Shown here: in pieces, positions 24,466-32,000 of the stretch
Layout: the number at the start of each line of letters is the position of its first letter
How positions within the stretch are numbered: position 1 is the first letter of the stretch
The notes under the pieces: generated by a model
Database searches by the model: none
What the model was told of the DNA's origin: nothing
The model's input: the letters and a program-made list of their open reading frames with translations, nothing else
Program-made: the position numbers and the translations under genes
Source of the DNA: Actinomadura sp. OS1-43
Lineage (GTDB): Bacteria > Actinomycetota > Actinomycetes > Streptosporangiales > Streptosporangiaceae
Length of the DNA stretch: 32,000 nucleotides
Direction of reading: 5' to 3'
Assembly: GCF_030283205.1 (NCBI RefSeq)
Contig: NZ_JASNWF010000016.1
Span: 82,018-114,017 of the forward strand

Positions 24466-24634
24466 CACGGGACAGCCCGCGGAGCGAGCGCCAGCGAGCG
24501 CAACGGGATCCCCGGCGCGCCGCGCCCGGAAGGTCGGAGCCCCGCCACCGGTCTCGGGCAGGCGCGCGGAGCGAGTGCAGCGAGCGCAGCGCGCATGCCC
24601 GTCGTGACGGGGGGTTTGGGGGGGCGCCCCCCAA
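24466..24634. repeat. Composite intergenic repeat element, copy A (inverted relative to copy B at 27443)
   Basis: It contains two GGAGCGAGYGC(C)AGCGAGCG cores (24480-24502, 24568-24592). The second core is flanked by CGGGCAGGC (24555-24563) and GCATGCCCG (24593-24601). It also has one reversed 22-nt unit (24525-24546) and a G-run/C-run hairpin abutting the IclR stop codon. Its reverse complement aligns by eye with 27443-27640. Confidence 0.75.
24616..24634 (-). terminator. GC hairpin immediately 3' of the IclR gene (part of repeat copy A)
   Basis: TTGGGGGGG-CG-CCCCCCAA directly adjoins the stop codon at 24635-24637. There is no U-tract. Confidence 0.4.
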
Positions 24635-25348
24635 TCAACTCCTGCGCATGCCCTCGCTGATCTTTTCGGCGGCGGCGACGACGGGGGCGGCGTGCAGGCG
24701 GCCGGGGGAGCGGGTGAGGCGTTCGAGGGGACCGGAGACGGAGACGGCGGCGATGACGCGGCCGCCGGCGCCGCGGATGGGAGCGGACACCGAGCCGACG
24801 CCCTGCTCGCGCTCGCCCACGGACTGGGCCCAGCCGCGGCGGCGGACGGAGGCCAGGGCGGTGGCCTCGAACTTGGCGCCGCGCAGGCCGCGGTGCATCC
24901 GGTCGGGCTCCTCCCAGGCGAGCAGGATCTGCGCGGCGGACCCGGCGGTCATCGGCAGGGCCGCGCCGACGGGGATGGTGTCGCGCAGGCCGCTGGTGCG
25001 CTCGGCGGCGGCGACGCAGACGCGGACGTCGCCCTGGCGGCGGAACAGGGAGGCGCTCTCGCCGGTGTGGTCGCGCAGCTGGGCGAGGATCGGCTGGGCG
25101 ATGGCGAGCAGGCGGTCCTCGCCGGCGGCGACGGCCAGCTCGGCGAGGCGCGGGCCGAGGATGAACCGGCCCTGGGTGTCGCGGTGGACGAGGCGGTGGT
25201 GCTCCAGCGCGACGGCGAGCCGGTGGGCCGTGGGGCGGGCGAGGCCGGTGGTCTGCACGAGCTGCGCGAGCGAGGCGGGACCGGCCTCGAGCGCGTTCAG
25301 CACCAGAACCGCTTTGTCAAGTACGCCGACTCCGCTAGAGTTGTCCAT
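24635..25348 (-). CDS. ndgR: IclR-family regulator, leuCD-divergent type (NdgR/LtbR-like)
   Basis: 237 aa. [52 protein letters not shown] plus an IclR effector domain. It is transcribed divergently from leuC, as described for LtbR (Corynebacterium) and NdgR (Streptomyces). Confidence 0.85.
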   Translation of the reverse strand: MDNSSGVGVLDKAVLVLNALEAGPASLAQLVQTTGLARPTAHRLAVALEHHRLVHRDTQGRFILGPRLAELAVAAGEDRLLAIAQPILAQLRDHTGESASLFRRQGDVRVCVAAAERTSGLRDTIPVGAALPMTAGSAAQILLAWEEPDRMHRGLRGAKFEATALASVRRRGWAQSVGEREQGVGSVSAPIRGAGGRVIAAVSVSGPLERLTRSPGRLHAAPVVAAAEKISEGMRRS

Positions 25349-25351
25349 GTC

Positions 25352-25388
25352 TTGATATTGCCGTCTCGTAATTTGAGATGCAAATCAA
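25352..25388. promoter_or_regulatory. AT-rich imperfect dyad in the IclR-leuC divergent spacer (candidate operator/promoter core)
   Basis: TTGATATTGCCGTCTCGTAATTTGAGATGCAAATCAA. The outer arms are TTGAT(A)TTGC / GCAAATCAA and the inner arms are TCTC / GAGA. It is the only AT-rich stretch in the 99-bp spacer. Confidence 0.45.
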
Positions 25389-25447
25389 CCGGACCGGACC
25401 CCGGCGCGACGGCGCGCCGGACGATCATGACAGGTGAGGTGGGTGTG

Positions 25448-26845
25448 ATGGGCCGTACATTGGCCGAGAAGGTGTACGACGCGCACGTCGTGCGGCGTGC
25501 CGAGGGTGAGCCCGACCTCCTCTACATCGACCTGCACCTGGTGCACGAGGTCACCAGCCCCCAGGCGTTCGACGGGCTGCGGATGGCCGGCCGCCAGGTG
25601 CGCCGCCCCGACCTGACGATCGCCACCGAGGACCACAACGTCCCGACCACGGACCTGCTCAAGCCGATCGCCGACCCGGTGTCGCGCACCCAGGTCGAGA
25701 CGCTCCGCAAGAACTGCTCCGACTTCGGCGTCCGGCTGCACCCCATGGGCGACGACGGGCAGGGCATCGTCCACGTCATCGGCCCGCAGCTGGGCCTGAC
25801 CCAGCCCGGCATGACCGTGGTCTGCGGCGACTCGCACACCTCCACGCACGGCGCGTTCGGCGCGCTGGCGTTCGGCATCGGCACCAGCGAGGTCGAGCAC
25901 GTCCTCGCCACGCAGACGCTGCCGCAGATCCAGCCGAAGACCATGGCCGTCACGGTCGAAGGCGCGCTGCCCGAGGGCGTCACCGCCAAGGACCTGATCC
26001 TGGCGATCATCGCGCGGATCGGCACCGGCGGCGGCCAGGGCCACATCATCGAGTACCGCGGCGAAGCCATCCGCTCGCTGTCGATGGAAGGCCGCATGAC
26101 GGTCTGCAACATGTCCATCGAGGCCGGCGCCCGCGCCGGGATGATCGCCCCCGACGAGACCACGTTCGCCTACCTCAAGGGCCGCCCGAACGCCCCGAAG
26201 GGCGCCGACTGGGACGAGGCCGTCGAGTACTGGACGTCCCTGCGCACCGACGACGACGCGGTCTTCGACAAGGAGGTCGTGATCGACGCGGCCGAGCTGA
26301 CCCCGTTCGTCACCTGGGGCACCAACCCCGGCCAGGGCCTGCCGCTCGGCGAGTCCGTGCCCGACCCCGCGGCCATCGACGACCCGGTGAAGCGGCAGAA
26401 CGCCGAGCGGGCCCTGGAGTACATGGGCCTCACCGCCGGGACGCCGCTGCGCGAGATCAGGGTCGACACCGTCTTCGTCGGCTCCTGCACCAACGGCCGC
26501 ATCGAGGACCTGCGGGCCGTCGCGGGCGTGCTGGAGGGCCGCAAGGTCGCCGACGGCGTCCGGATGCTGGTCGTCCCCGGCTCGATGGAGGTCAAGAAGC
26601 AGGCCGAGGCGGAGGGCCTCGACCGGGTCATCTCCGCCTCCGGCGCCGAATGGCGCGAGGCCGGCTGCTCGATGTGCCTGGCGATGAACCCCGACAAGCT
26701 CACCCCCGGCGAGCGCAGCGCCTCCACGTCCAACCGCAACTTCGAGGGCCGGCAGGGCCCCGGCGGCCGCACCCACCTGGTGTCGCCCGCCGTCGCCGCC
26801 GCCACCGCCGTCACCGGCCGCCTGGCCGCCCCCGCCGACCTGTAA
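25448..26845 (+). CDS. leuC: 3-isopropylmalate dehydratase large subunit
   Basis: ATG 25448 lies 6 nt after [21 protein letters not shown]...[21 protein letters not shown]...[24 protein letters not shown]...[12 protein letters not shown]...[11 protein letters not shown] shows the aconitase-family FeS cysteines. 465 aa. Confidence 0.95.
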   Translation: MGRTLAEKVYDAHVVRRAEGEPDLLYIDLHLVHEVTSPQAFDGLRMAGRQVRRPDLTIATEDHNVPTTDLLKPIADPVSRTQVETLRKNCSDFGVRLHPMGDDGQGIVHVIGPQLGLTQPGMTVVCGDSHTSTHGAFGALAFGIGTSEVEHVLATQTLPQIQPKTMAVTVEGALPEGVTAKDLILAIIARIGTGGGQGHIIEYRGEAIRSLSMEGRMTVCNMSIEAGARAGMIAPDETTFAYLKGRPNAPKGADWDEAVEYWTSLRTDDDAVFDKEVVIDAAELTPFVTWGTNPGQGLPLGESVPDPAAIDDPVKRQNAERALEYMGLTAGTPLREIRVDTVFVGSCTNGRIEDLRAVAGVLEGRKVADGVRMLVVPGSMEVKKQAEAEGLDRVISASGAEWREAGCSMCLAMNPDKLTPGERSASTSNRNFEGRQGPGGRTHLVSPAVAAATAVTGRLAAPADL

Positions 26846-26854
26846 GGAGCCGAC

Positions 26855-27442
26855 ATGGAAGCGTTCACCACCTACACCGGGCGCGCCGTCCCGCTGCGGC
26901 GCAGCAACGTCGACACCGACCAGATCATCCCGGCCGTCTGGCTCAAGCAGGTCAGCCGCACCGGATTCGACAAGGGCCTGTTCTCCGCCTGGCGCGAGGA
27001 CCCCGGTTTCGTCCTGAACCAGCCGCAGTACGCGGGCGCCGGCATCCTGGTGGCCGGCCCCGACTTCGGCACCGGCTCGTCCCGCGAGCACGCCGTCTGG
27101 GCCCTGCAGCAGTACGGCTTCCGCGTCGTCATCGCGCCGCGCTTCGGTGACATCTTCCGCAACAACTCCACCAAGATGGGGCTGCTGCCGGTCGTGCTGA
27201 CCGACGAGCAGGTCGAGAACCTGCAAAGCGCTATTGAGAAGGACCCCGCCCTCGAGATCACCGTCGACCTGGAGAAGCGCGAGGTCCGCTGGGGCGCCGA
27301 CGTCGCCACCTTCGAGATCGACGACTACACCCGCTGGCGGCTCATGGAAGGCCTGGACGACATCGGCCTGACCCTCCGCCACGGCGACGCCATCAACGAC
27401 TACGAAGCCGCCCGGCGCCCCTGGCTCCCAGTGACTGTGTAG
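26855..27442 (+). CDS. leuD: 3-isopropylmalate dehydratase small subunit
   Basis: 195 aa. [27 protein letters not shown]...[37 protein letters not shown]. Confidence 0.95.
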   Translation: MEAFTTYTGRAVPLRRSNVDTDQIIPAVWLKQVSRTGFDKGLFSAWREDPGFVLNQPQYAGAGILVAGPDFGTGSSREHAVWALQQYGFRVVIAPRFGDIFRNNSTKMGLLPVVLTDEQVENLQSAIEKDPALEITVDLEKREVRWGADVATFEIDDYTRWRLMEGLDDIGLTLRHGDAINDYEAARRPWLPVTV

Positions 27443-27443
27443 C

Positions 27444-27464
27444 CCAGGGGGACGACCCCCCTGG
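27444..27464 (+). terminator. GC hairpin immediately 3' of leuD (part of repeat copy B)
   Basis: CCAGGGGG-ACGAC-CCCCCTGG starts 2 nt after the leuD TAG. It is followed by AACCCCCC and has no U-tract. Confidence 0.4.
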
Positions 27465-27476
27465 AACCCCCCGTTG

Positions 27477-27536
27477 CGGCCGAGAGGCTGTTTCAACACT
27501 CCGCTAGCGCTCCGCGTTGAAACAGCCTCTCGGCCG
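27477..27536. repeat. 60-nt perfect hairpin (21-bp arms, 18-nt loop)
   Basis: Arm 1, CGGCCGAGAGGCTGTTTCAAC (27477-27497), is the exact reverse complement of arm 2, GTTGAAACAGCCTCTCGGCCG (27516-27536). The loop is ACTCCGCTAGCGCTCCGC. It is absent from the homologous position of copy A. Confidence 0.9.
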
Positions 27537-27591
27537 TCGGGCAGGCCCGCTCCGCTCGCTGCGCTCGCTCCACGTGCCTGCCCGTGGCGGT

Positions 27592-27693
27592 GGCTGAGGT
27601 TCAACCTGCTCGGGGTTGGGCTTCGACCTTTCCGGAGGTCGGGCTTCAACCTTCCCGGGGGTTGGGCTTCGACTCTCCCGCGGTTGGGCTTCG
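27592..27693. repeat. Tandem 22-23-bp repeat, about 4.5 units (GTTGGGCTTCGACCTTTCCGGAG-like)
   Basis: A degenerate unit at ~27592-27614 (..GAGGTTCAACCTGCTCGGGG), GTTGGGCTTCGACCTTTCCGGAG (27615-27637), GTCGGGCTTCAACCTTCCCGGGG (27638-27660), GTTGGGCTTCGACTCTCCCGCG (27661-27682), and a partial unit GTTGGGCTTCG (27683-27693). Confidence 0.85.
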
Positions 27694-27770
27694 GGGCTGT
27701 GCGCGGGGTGTTGGCGGGACCCGGTGTGGGGGTCGCGTAGCCTCGCGCGGGAGAATTCGTCCAGGGGACG

Positions 27771-28031
27771 ATGATGCCCGAGCGTTGGGGGGCTTTCGTG
27801 AACGCCACGCCGTGGACCGGACCGGAGTGGGACGACCCGGCTCTGACCCGGCTCGCCCGGCAGCTGCGCGACGCGCATCGGGCCGTGGCGCCGCTCCCGC
27901 CGCAGACCCGGCGGCGGCTGATCCGCCACCTCCTGGCGATCACCGATCTGGCCAAAAGGGACTCCGACCTCGCCGCCCGCAGGCTGGAGGCGTTCCTGGC
28001 CGATTTCCACGAGGCGCCCGGCGTCCGTTAG
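27771..28031 (+). CDS. Small hypothetical protein (86 aa)
   Basis: ATGATG start preceded by AGGGGA. Third codon positions are strongly G/C, like the neighbouring genes. The composition is non-repetitive and helix-prone (LTRLARQLRDAHRAV...RRLIRHLLAITDLAKRDSDLAARRLEAFLADF). No family was recognised. Confidence 0.5.
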   Translation: MMPERWGAFVNATPWTGPEWDDPALTRLARQLRDAHRAVAPLPPQTRRRLIRHLLAITDLAKRDSDLAARRLEAFLADFHEAPGVR

Positions 28032-28189
28032 CGTGCGCAGTGGCCGGATCCGGTCCGGTCACCCGGCGAGACGGGGGCGAGGCCGACAAAAACGCCAGCG
28101 ACACGGCAACTCTTGCGTGCAGGTGATTGTGTCCATGCTGAGGGTCCCTTAGTTTCGTTCGGGCAAGGGGGGAACTAGAGGAGTAACCC

Positions 28190-28468
28190 ATGAACAAGCG
28201 TGAGCTGGTCGACGCCATCTCTGACCGGCTGGGCAGCAAGAAGGCCGCAGCCGAGGCCGTCGACGCGATCCTGGAGGCGATCCAGTCCGCGGTCGCCAAG
28301 GGCGACAAGGTGGCGATCACCGGGTTCGGTTCGTTCGAGAAGGCCGACCGGCCTGCCCGGACGGCCCGCAACCCCGCAACGGGCAAGACCATCGAGGTTC
28401 CCGCGACGTCCGTGCCGAAGTTCAAGGCCGGTGCGGACTTCAAGAACCTGGTGGCCGGCAAGAAGTAG
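28190..28468 (+). CDS. hup: HU-family nucleoid-associated DNA-binding protein (short form, 92 aa)
   Basis: MNKRELVDAISDRLGSKKAAAEAVDAILEAIQSAVAKGDKVAITGFGSFEKADRPARTARNPATGKTIEVPATSVPKFKAGADFKNLV is a canonical HU fold sequence. AGAGGAG SD. Confidence 0.95.
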   Translation: MNKRELVDAISDRLGSKKAAAEAVDAILEAIQSAVAKGDKVAITGFGSFEKADRPARTARNPATGKTIEVPATSVPKFKAGADFKNLVAGKK

Positions 28469-28475
28469 CCGCACG

Positions 28476-28514
28476 CGACAGCGCCCGGGACCGCATCGGT
28501 CCCGGGCGCTGTCG
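28476..28514. terminator. Strong bidirectional terminator hairpin between hup and the convergent small gene
   Basis: CGACAGCGCCCGGGACC (28476-28492), loop GCATC, GGTCCCGGGCGCTGTCG (28498-28514): a 17-bp perfect stem followed by TGTTCT. It sits 8 nt after the hup stop and 6 nt before the stop of the minus-strand gene. Confidence 0.8.
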
Positions 28515-28519
28515 TGTTC

Positions 28520-28732
28520 TCACGCCTCCCGGGGCGGCAGCGGGAACGTCGACAGCGTCACCACCGAGACCCGGCCGCCGTCCATCGCCAGGTTCACCCG
28601 CTGCCCGAAGCGCAGCAGCCGCAGGCCGCCCGCCGCGAACGCCTCGGCGTCGAACGGCAGCTCGGTCCCGTCGTCCAGCAGCACGCTCCCCGTCCGCGTG
28701 CCCGCGTCGAAGTCCTTCACCGTCGCCTGCAT
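28520..28732 (-). CDS. Small conserved-looking hypothetical protein (70 aa, possibly OB/cold-shock-like fold)
   Basis: MQATVKDFDAGTRTGSVLLDDGTELPFDAEAFAAGGLRLLRFGQRVNLAMDGGRVSVV. High GC3. It lies 10 nt downstream of cofC on the same strand. The fold suggestion is only pattern resemblance to CSD proteins. Confidence 0.55.
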   Translation of the reverse strand: MQATVKDFDAGTRTGSVLLDDGTELPFDAEAFAAGGLRLLRFGQRVNLAMDGGRVSVVTLSTFPLPPREA

Positions 28733-28741
28733 GCGCGAACC

Positions 28742-29428
28742 CTATCCCCGGCCGTGGCCGGCGGACGGTGCGAACTCGGGGAGGAGGGCGGCGACGGCGG
28801 CGGTCCTCGGGCCGGTGCCGAGGGCGAGGGCGGCGCGCAGGTCGTCGGGGGTGTCGACGTCGCGGCGCACGCTGTCGGTGCCGGGCAGCAGCAGTTCGCG
28901 GGCGCCGCGCGCGCGGTGGGCGGCGCGGGAGTCGCCGCCGAAGGCGGGGGAGAAGGGGACGCCGGGACGCGCCGTGTAGAGGGTGGTGCCGACGCCCGCC
29001 GCGTCCGGGACGAACGCCTCGGGCGCCCGCGCGGCCGCGTCGAGGACGCGCGCGAGCTCGTCCGGCCGCAGCGCGGGCAGGTCGGCCGACAGTGCGCCGA
29101 CGCCCGCGTCCGGGGACAGCTCGCGGCCGCGTCCGGCCCCGTGCACCAGGGCCGGGTTCAGCCCCGCGTCCGGCTCGTCCGGGACGATCCGCGCGCCGAG
29201 CGCGGCCAGCTCGGCGGCCGGGACGGGATCGTCGGTGACCACTATCACATCGCGGACGCGGGGGCAGCGCAGCGCCGCCGCGACGGTGTCCGCGGCGACC
29301 GCCAGGGCGAGCGCCTCGCGGTGCGGCCCCGCCGCCGCGGACATGCGGGTCTTGGCCCTGGCCAGCACCTTGACCGGCACGACGAGCGACCACTGCTGAT
29401 GAGGCGCGCTGGGCGCTGGGGTAGACAT
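28742..29428 (-). CDS. cofC: 2-phospho-L-lactate / phosphoenolpyruvate guanylyltransferase (F420 biosynthesis CofC/FbiD)
   Basis: 228 aa. WSLVVPVKVLARAKTRM, ALSADLPALRPDELA, VPDAAGVGTTLY, FGGDSRAAHRARGA and VRRDVDTPDDL match CofC/FbiD motifs. Its position next to plsC-gpsA-ddl is as in other actinomycetes. Confidence 0.85.
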   Translation of the reverse strand: MSTPAPSAPHQQWSLVVPVKVLARAKTRMSAAAGPHREALALAVAADTVAAALRCPRVRDVIVVTDDPVPAAELAALGARIVPDEPDAGLNPALVHGAGRGRELSPDAGVGALSADLPALRPDELARVLDAAARAPEAFVPDAAGVGTTLYTARPGVPFSPAFGGDSRAAHRARGARELLLPGTDSVRRDVDTPDDLRAALALGTGPRTAAVAALLPEFAPSAGHGRG

Positions 29429-29513
29429 GGCAACTCGACACTATGCGCAGACAACCGCGACACTTGAGGACACCCCGCGTTCACGCCGGGTACGGATCGA
29501 GGAGGGACGGGCC

Positions 29514-30461
29514 ATGAGCCACGGGTACTCGCCTGGCTGGCGCAAGCTCACGATCGTCATCCTGCGGCCCCTGCTGTTCGGGCTGCTGAGACGGGACTGG
29601 CGCGGCCGGGGCAACGTGCCCAGGACGGGCGGCGTGATCATCGCCGCCAACCACATCTCCGAGTCCGACCCGCTCGCCCTTGCGCACTTCGTCTACGAGG
29701 CCGGCCGGTACCCGGTGTACCTGGCCAAGGACGCGCTGTTCAGCACGCCGATCGTGGGGACGGTGATGCGCGGCACCGGCCAGATCCCGGTGTACCGCGA
29801 CAGCGCCGACGCCGCGCTGGCGCTCAGGGACGCCGAGAAGGCGCTGGTGGACGGCGAGTGCCTGATGTTCTACCCGGAGGGCAGCTGCACCCGCGACCCC
29901 GAGCTGTGGCCGATGACCGGCCAGACGGGCGTGGCGCGGATGGCGCTGCAGACCGGCGCGAAGGTCGTCCCGGTCGCGACGTGGGGCGCGCACGAGCTGC
30001 TGCCGTACAAGAAGGCCGAGCAGCGCGGGCTCGCCGGGAGCCTGAAGAAGGGGTTCCACCCGTTCCCGCGCAAGACGATGCAGGTGATCGCGGGCCCGCC
30101 GATCGACCTGTCGAAGTACGAGGGGCGCCCGCTCGACAAGGAGACGCTGCGCGCCGCCACCGACGACATCATGACCGTGATCAGCGAGCTGCTCGGTGAA
30201 CTGCGCGGCGAGCGGCCGCCCGCCGAGCGCTACGACCACCACAAGGTGCTGGAGGAGCGGCGCCGCGCCGCGGCCGCCGCGGTGCCCGGCCCGGCCGAGC
30301 CGGTCGAGCCGGTCGAGCCGGCGGACCGCGACGCCGTCGCCGCCCCGGACGCCGCCGTCTCCGACGCCGCCGAGGCGCAGGCCGGCACGCCCGCCGCCGC
30401 GGGCGGCGACGCCCCCGGGACCGCCGGCCCCACCGGGACCGCGAAGGCGGGTGACTCGTGA
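29514..30461 (+). CDS. 1-acyl-sn-glycerol-3-phosphate acyltransferase family protein (PlsC-like) with Ala/Pro-rich C-terminal tail
   Basis: ATG 29514 lies 7 nt after GAGGAGGGA. HXXXXD motif NHISESD, plus FYPEGSCTRD and VPVATWG blocks. The listed ATG 29427 is an upstream extension. Confidence 0.85.
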   Translation: MSHGYSPGWRKLTIVILRPLLFGLLRRDWRGRGNVPRTGGVIIAANHISESDPLALAHFVYEAGRYPVYLAKDALFSTPIVGTVMRGTGQIPVYRDSADAALALRDAEKALVDGECLMFYPEGSCTRDPELWPMTGQTGVARMALQTGAKVVPVATWGAHELLPYKKAEQRGLAGSLKKGFHPFPRKTMQVIAGPPIDLSKYEGRPLDKETLRAATDDIMTVISELLGELRGERPPAERYDHHKVLEERRRAAAAAVPGPAEPVEPVEPADRDAVAAPDAAVSDAAEAQAGTPAAAGGDAPGTAGPTGTAKAGDS

Positions 30462-31468
30462 CCTGCCGCACCGCGGTGATGGGCGCCGGGTCCTGGGGGA
30501 CCACGTTCGCCAAGCTGGTGCACGACGCGGGCGGGGAGGTCACCCTGTGGGCGCGCCGCCCCGAGCTCGTCGAGGCGATCAACGAGCGGCACGAGAACAC
30601 CGACTACCTGCCCGGCGCCCCGCTGCCCGAGCCGATCCGGGCGACCCTGGACCCGGCCGAGGCGCTGGAGGGCGCCGACTTCGTGGCGCTGGCCGTCCCG
30701 GCGCAGACGCTCCGCGACAACCTGTCGGCGTGGGTGCCGCTGCTGCCGCCCGGCGCCGTCCTGGTCAGCCTGATGAAGGGCGTGGAGCTCGGCACCACCC
30801 GGCGGATGTCGGAGGTGGTCCGCGAGGTCGCCGACGTCCCCGAGGAGCGGGTCGCGGTGTTCAGCGGCCCGAACGTGGCGCGCGAGATCGTGACCGGCGA
30901 GCCGAGCGCCGCGGTCGCCGCGTGCGTGGACGAGGAGGCCGCGCGGCAGCTGCAGGCCGCGACCATGACCCCCTACTTCCGCGTCTACACCTCCACCGAC
31001 GTGATCGGCGTCGAGCTCGGCGGGGCGATCAAGAACGTCGTCGCGCTGTGCGTCGGGATGTCGGTCGGGCTCGGCTTCGGGTCCAACACCCAGGCGGTGC
31101 TGATGACCCGCGGGCTCGCCGAGATCACCCGGCTCGGGATCGCGCTCGGCGCCGACGAGCACACCTTCGCCGGGCTCGCCGGGATGGGCGACCTGGTCGC
31201 CTCCTGCGTGTCGCCGCTGGCCCGGAACCGGACCTTCGGCGAGAACCTCGGCCGCGGGATGACCCTCGAGCAGGTCATCGCCGTCACCAAGCAGACCGCC
31301 GAGGGCGTGAAGTCCTCGGAGGCGGTGCTGGAGCTGGCCCGCAAGCACAACGTGGAGATGCCGATCACCGAGGCGGTCGTCTCGGTGCTGTACCGCGGCA
31401 CCCCGATCCGGGAGGCGGCGATCGCGCTGATCTCCCGCTCGCCGAAGCCGGAACGGTACGGGGTGTGA
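30458..31468 (+). CDS. gpsA: NAD(P)H-dependent glycerol-3-phosphate dehydrogenase
   Basis: The GTG overlaps the plsC stop (GTGA). AVMGAGSWGTTFAKLV, NERHENTDYLPG, GPNVAREI, AIKNVVALCVGM, RNRTFGENLGRG. Confidence 0.95.
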   Translation: MTCRTAVMGAGSWGTTFAKLVHDAGGEVTLWARRPELVEAINERHENTDYLPGAPLPEPIRATLDPAEALEGADFVALAVPAQTLRDNLSAWVPLLPPGAVLVSLMKGVELGTTRRMSEVVREVADVPEERVAVFSGPNVAREIVTGEPSAAVAACVDEEAARQLQAATMTPYFRVYTSTDVIGVELGGAIKNVVALCVGMSVGLGFGSNTQAVLMTRGLAEITRLGIALGADEHTFAGLAGMGDLVASCVSPLARNRTFGENLGRGMTLEQVIAVTKQTAEGVKSSEAVLELARKHNVEMPITEAVVSVLYRGTPIREAAIALISRSPKPERYGV

Positions 31469-31555
31469 CGCGCCCGCGGCGGGCCGGCGGGCGGCCGGGG
31501 CGCGCCCGGATCGTTCGTGGCCGGTCCGTACCGATCACCGATAGGGTCGGGAATC

Positions 31556-32000
31556 ATGTCCGAGGTTTCTAAGACGCGCGTGGCCGTGGTGTTCGGCGGG
31601 CGCAGCTCCGAGCACGCGATCTCCTGCGTCACCGCGGGCGCCGTGATGGCCGCGATCGACCGGGACCGCTACGACGTGCTGCCGATCGGCATCGCCCGCG
31701 ACGGCCGCTGGGTGCTCGCCCCGGAGGACCAGCGGCTCGCGATCGAGGACGGCCGGCTCCCCGAGGTGTCCGGCGCCGGCAGCGCCCTCGCGCTGCCGTT
31801 CGACCCCGACGACCGCGGCCTGATGGTCGTCGAGCCCGGGAAGGTCCCCGCCACGCTCGGCGAGGTCGACGTCGTCCTGCCGCTGCTGCACGGCCCGTAC
31901 GGCGAGGACGGCACCATCCAGGGGCTGCTCGACCTGGCCGGCGTCCGCTATGTCGGCGCCGGGGTGCTCGCCAGCGCGGTCGGCATGGACAAGGGGTTCA
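31556..32000 (+). CDS. ddl: D-alanine--D-alanine ligase (5' part; runs off the window end)
   Basis: My own translation from ATG 31556 reads [54 protein letters not shown]...[45 protein letters not shown]. It is not in the ORF track because it is open-ended. Confidence 0.9.
   Translation, partial: MSEVSKTRVAVVFGGRSSEHAISCVTAGAVMAAIDRDRYDVLPIGIARDGRWVLAPEDQRLAIEDGRLPEVSGAGSALALPFDPDDRGLMVVEPGKVPATLGEVDVVLPLLHGPYGEDGTIQGLLDLAGVRYVGAGVLASAVGMDKGF

Larger units (their letters stand above)
27443..27706. repeat. Composite intergenic repeat element, copy B (expanded)
   Basis: In order: a GC hairpin at 27444-27464, AACCCCCCGT, a 60-nt perfect hairpin at 27477-27536, a CGGGCAGGC (27538-27546) / GCCTGCCCG (27576-27584) stem around a GCTCGCTGCGCTCGCTCC core, then tandem 22-23-bp units. 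Confidence 0.8.

Noticed and set aside
27592-27706. The tandem 22-23-bp units as a CRISPR array or tRNA-like element (GGTTCAACC resembles a T-loop).
   Set aside because: The units are contiguous with no spacers, and no cas genes are present. No acceptor or anticodon arms can be drawn around the GGTTCAACC or GGCTTCGACC cores.
27474-27740. The 88-aa ORF (TTG start) covering the hairpin and tandem repeats, and the similar phrase LAALAPRACP in ORF 23787..24638.
   Set aside because: The shared peptide is just the translation of the shared DNA repeat core. The composition is Arg/Gly/Pro-rich and there is no SD. It is better explained as a non-coding repeat.

Overview
This is a very GC-rich actinobacterial chromosomal window. 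The right-hand gene order (IclR regulator, leuC, leuD, hup, cofC, plsC, gpsA, ddl) is the conserved actinomycete core arrangement. The genus cannot be determined without a database search. About 30 genes are supported.

Left third: a membrane-anchored BNR/Asp-box propeller protein whose 3' end is apparently frameshifted, then a DHA2-type MFS transporter preceded by two CsoR/RicR-like palindromic boxes. The stand-out feature follows: an eight-gene, translationally coupled complex I-like operon (4172-11765). It encodes only membrane-arm subunits (NuoA, H, J, K, L, M, N) plus one 311-aa protein that reads as a collapsed NuoB-NuoD fusion. That protein has no FeS-ligand cysteines and no quinone-site histidines. 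nuoC, E, F, G and I are absent.

Middle: a CocE/NonD hydrolase, a stand-alone MHYT sensor, a same-strand string of DUF62 SAM hydrolase, polar amino-acid ABC importer and NUDIX, a LysR regulator, a beta-hydroxyacid dehydrogenase fused in frame to RidA, a MerR regulator, and a GH3 beta-glucosidase with a divergent TetR regulator and a perfect 16-bp palindrome.

Right third: housekeeping genes. The IclR-leuCD unit is bracketed by two inverted copies of a composite hairpin/repeat element. One copy carries an extra 60-nt perfect hairpin and 4-5 tandem 22-23-bp units.

All calls come from reading the supplied translations and the DNA by eye. No database search or alignment program was run, and family assignments rest on remembered motifs.
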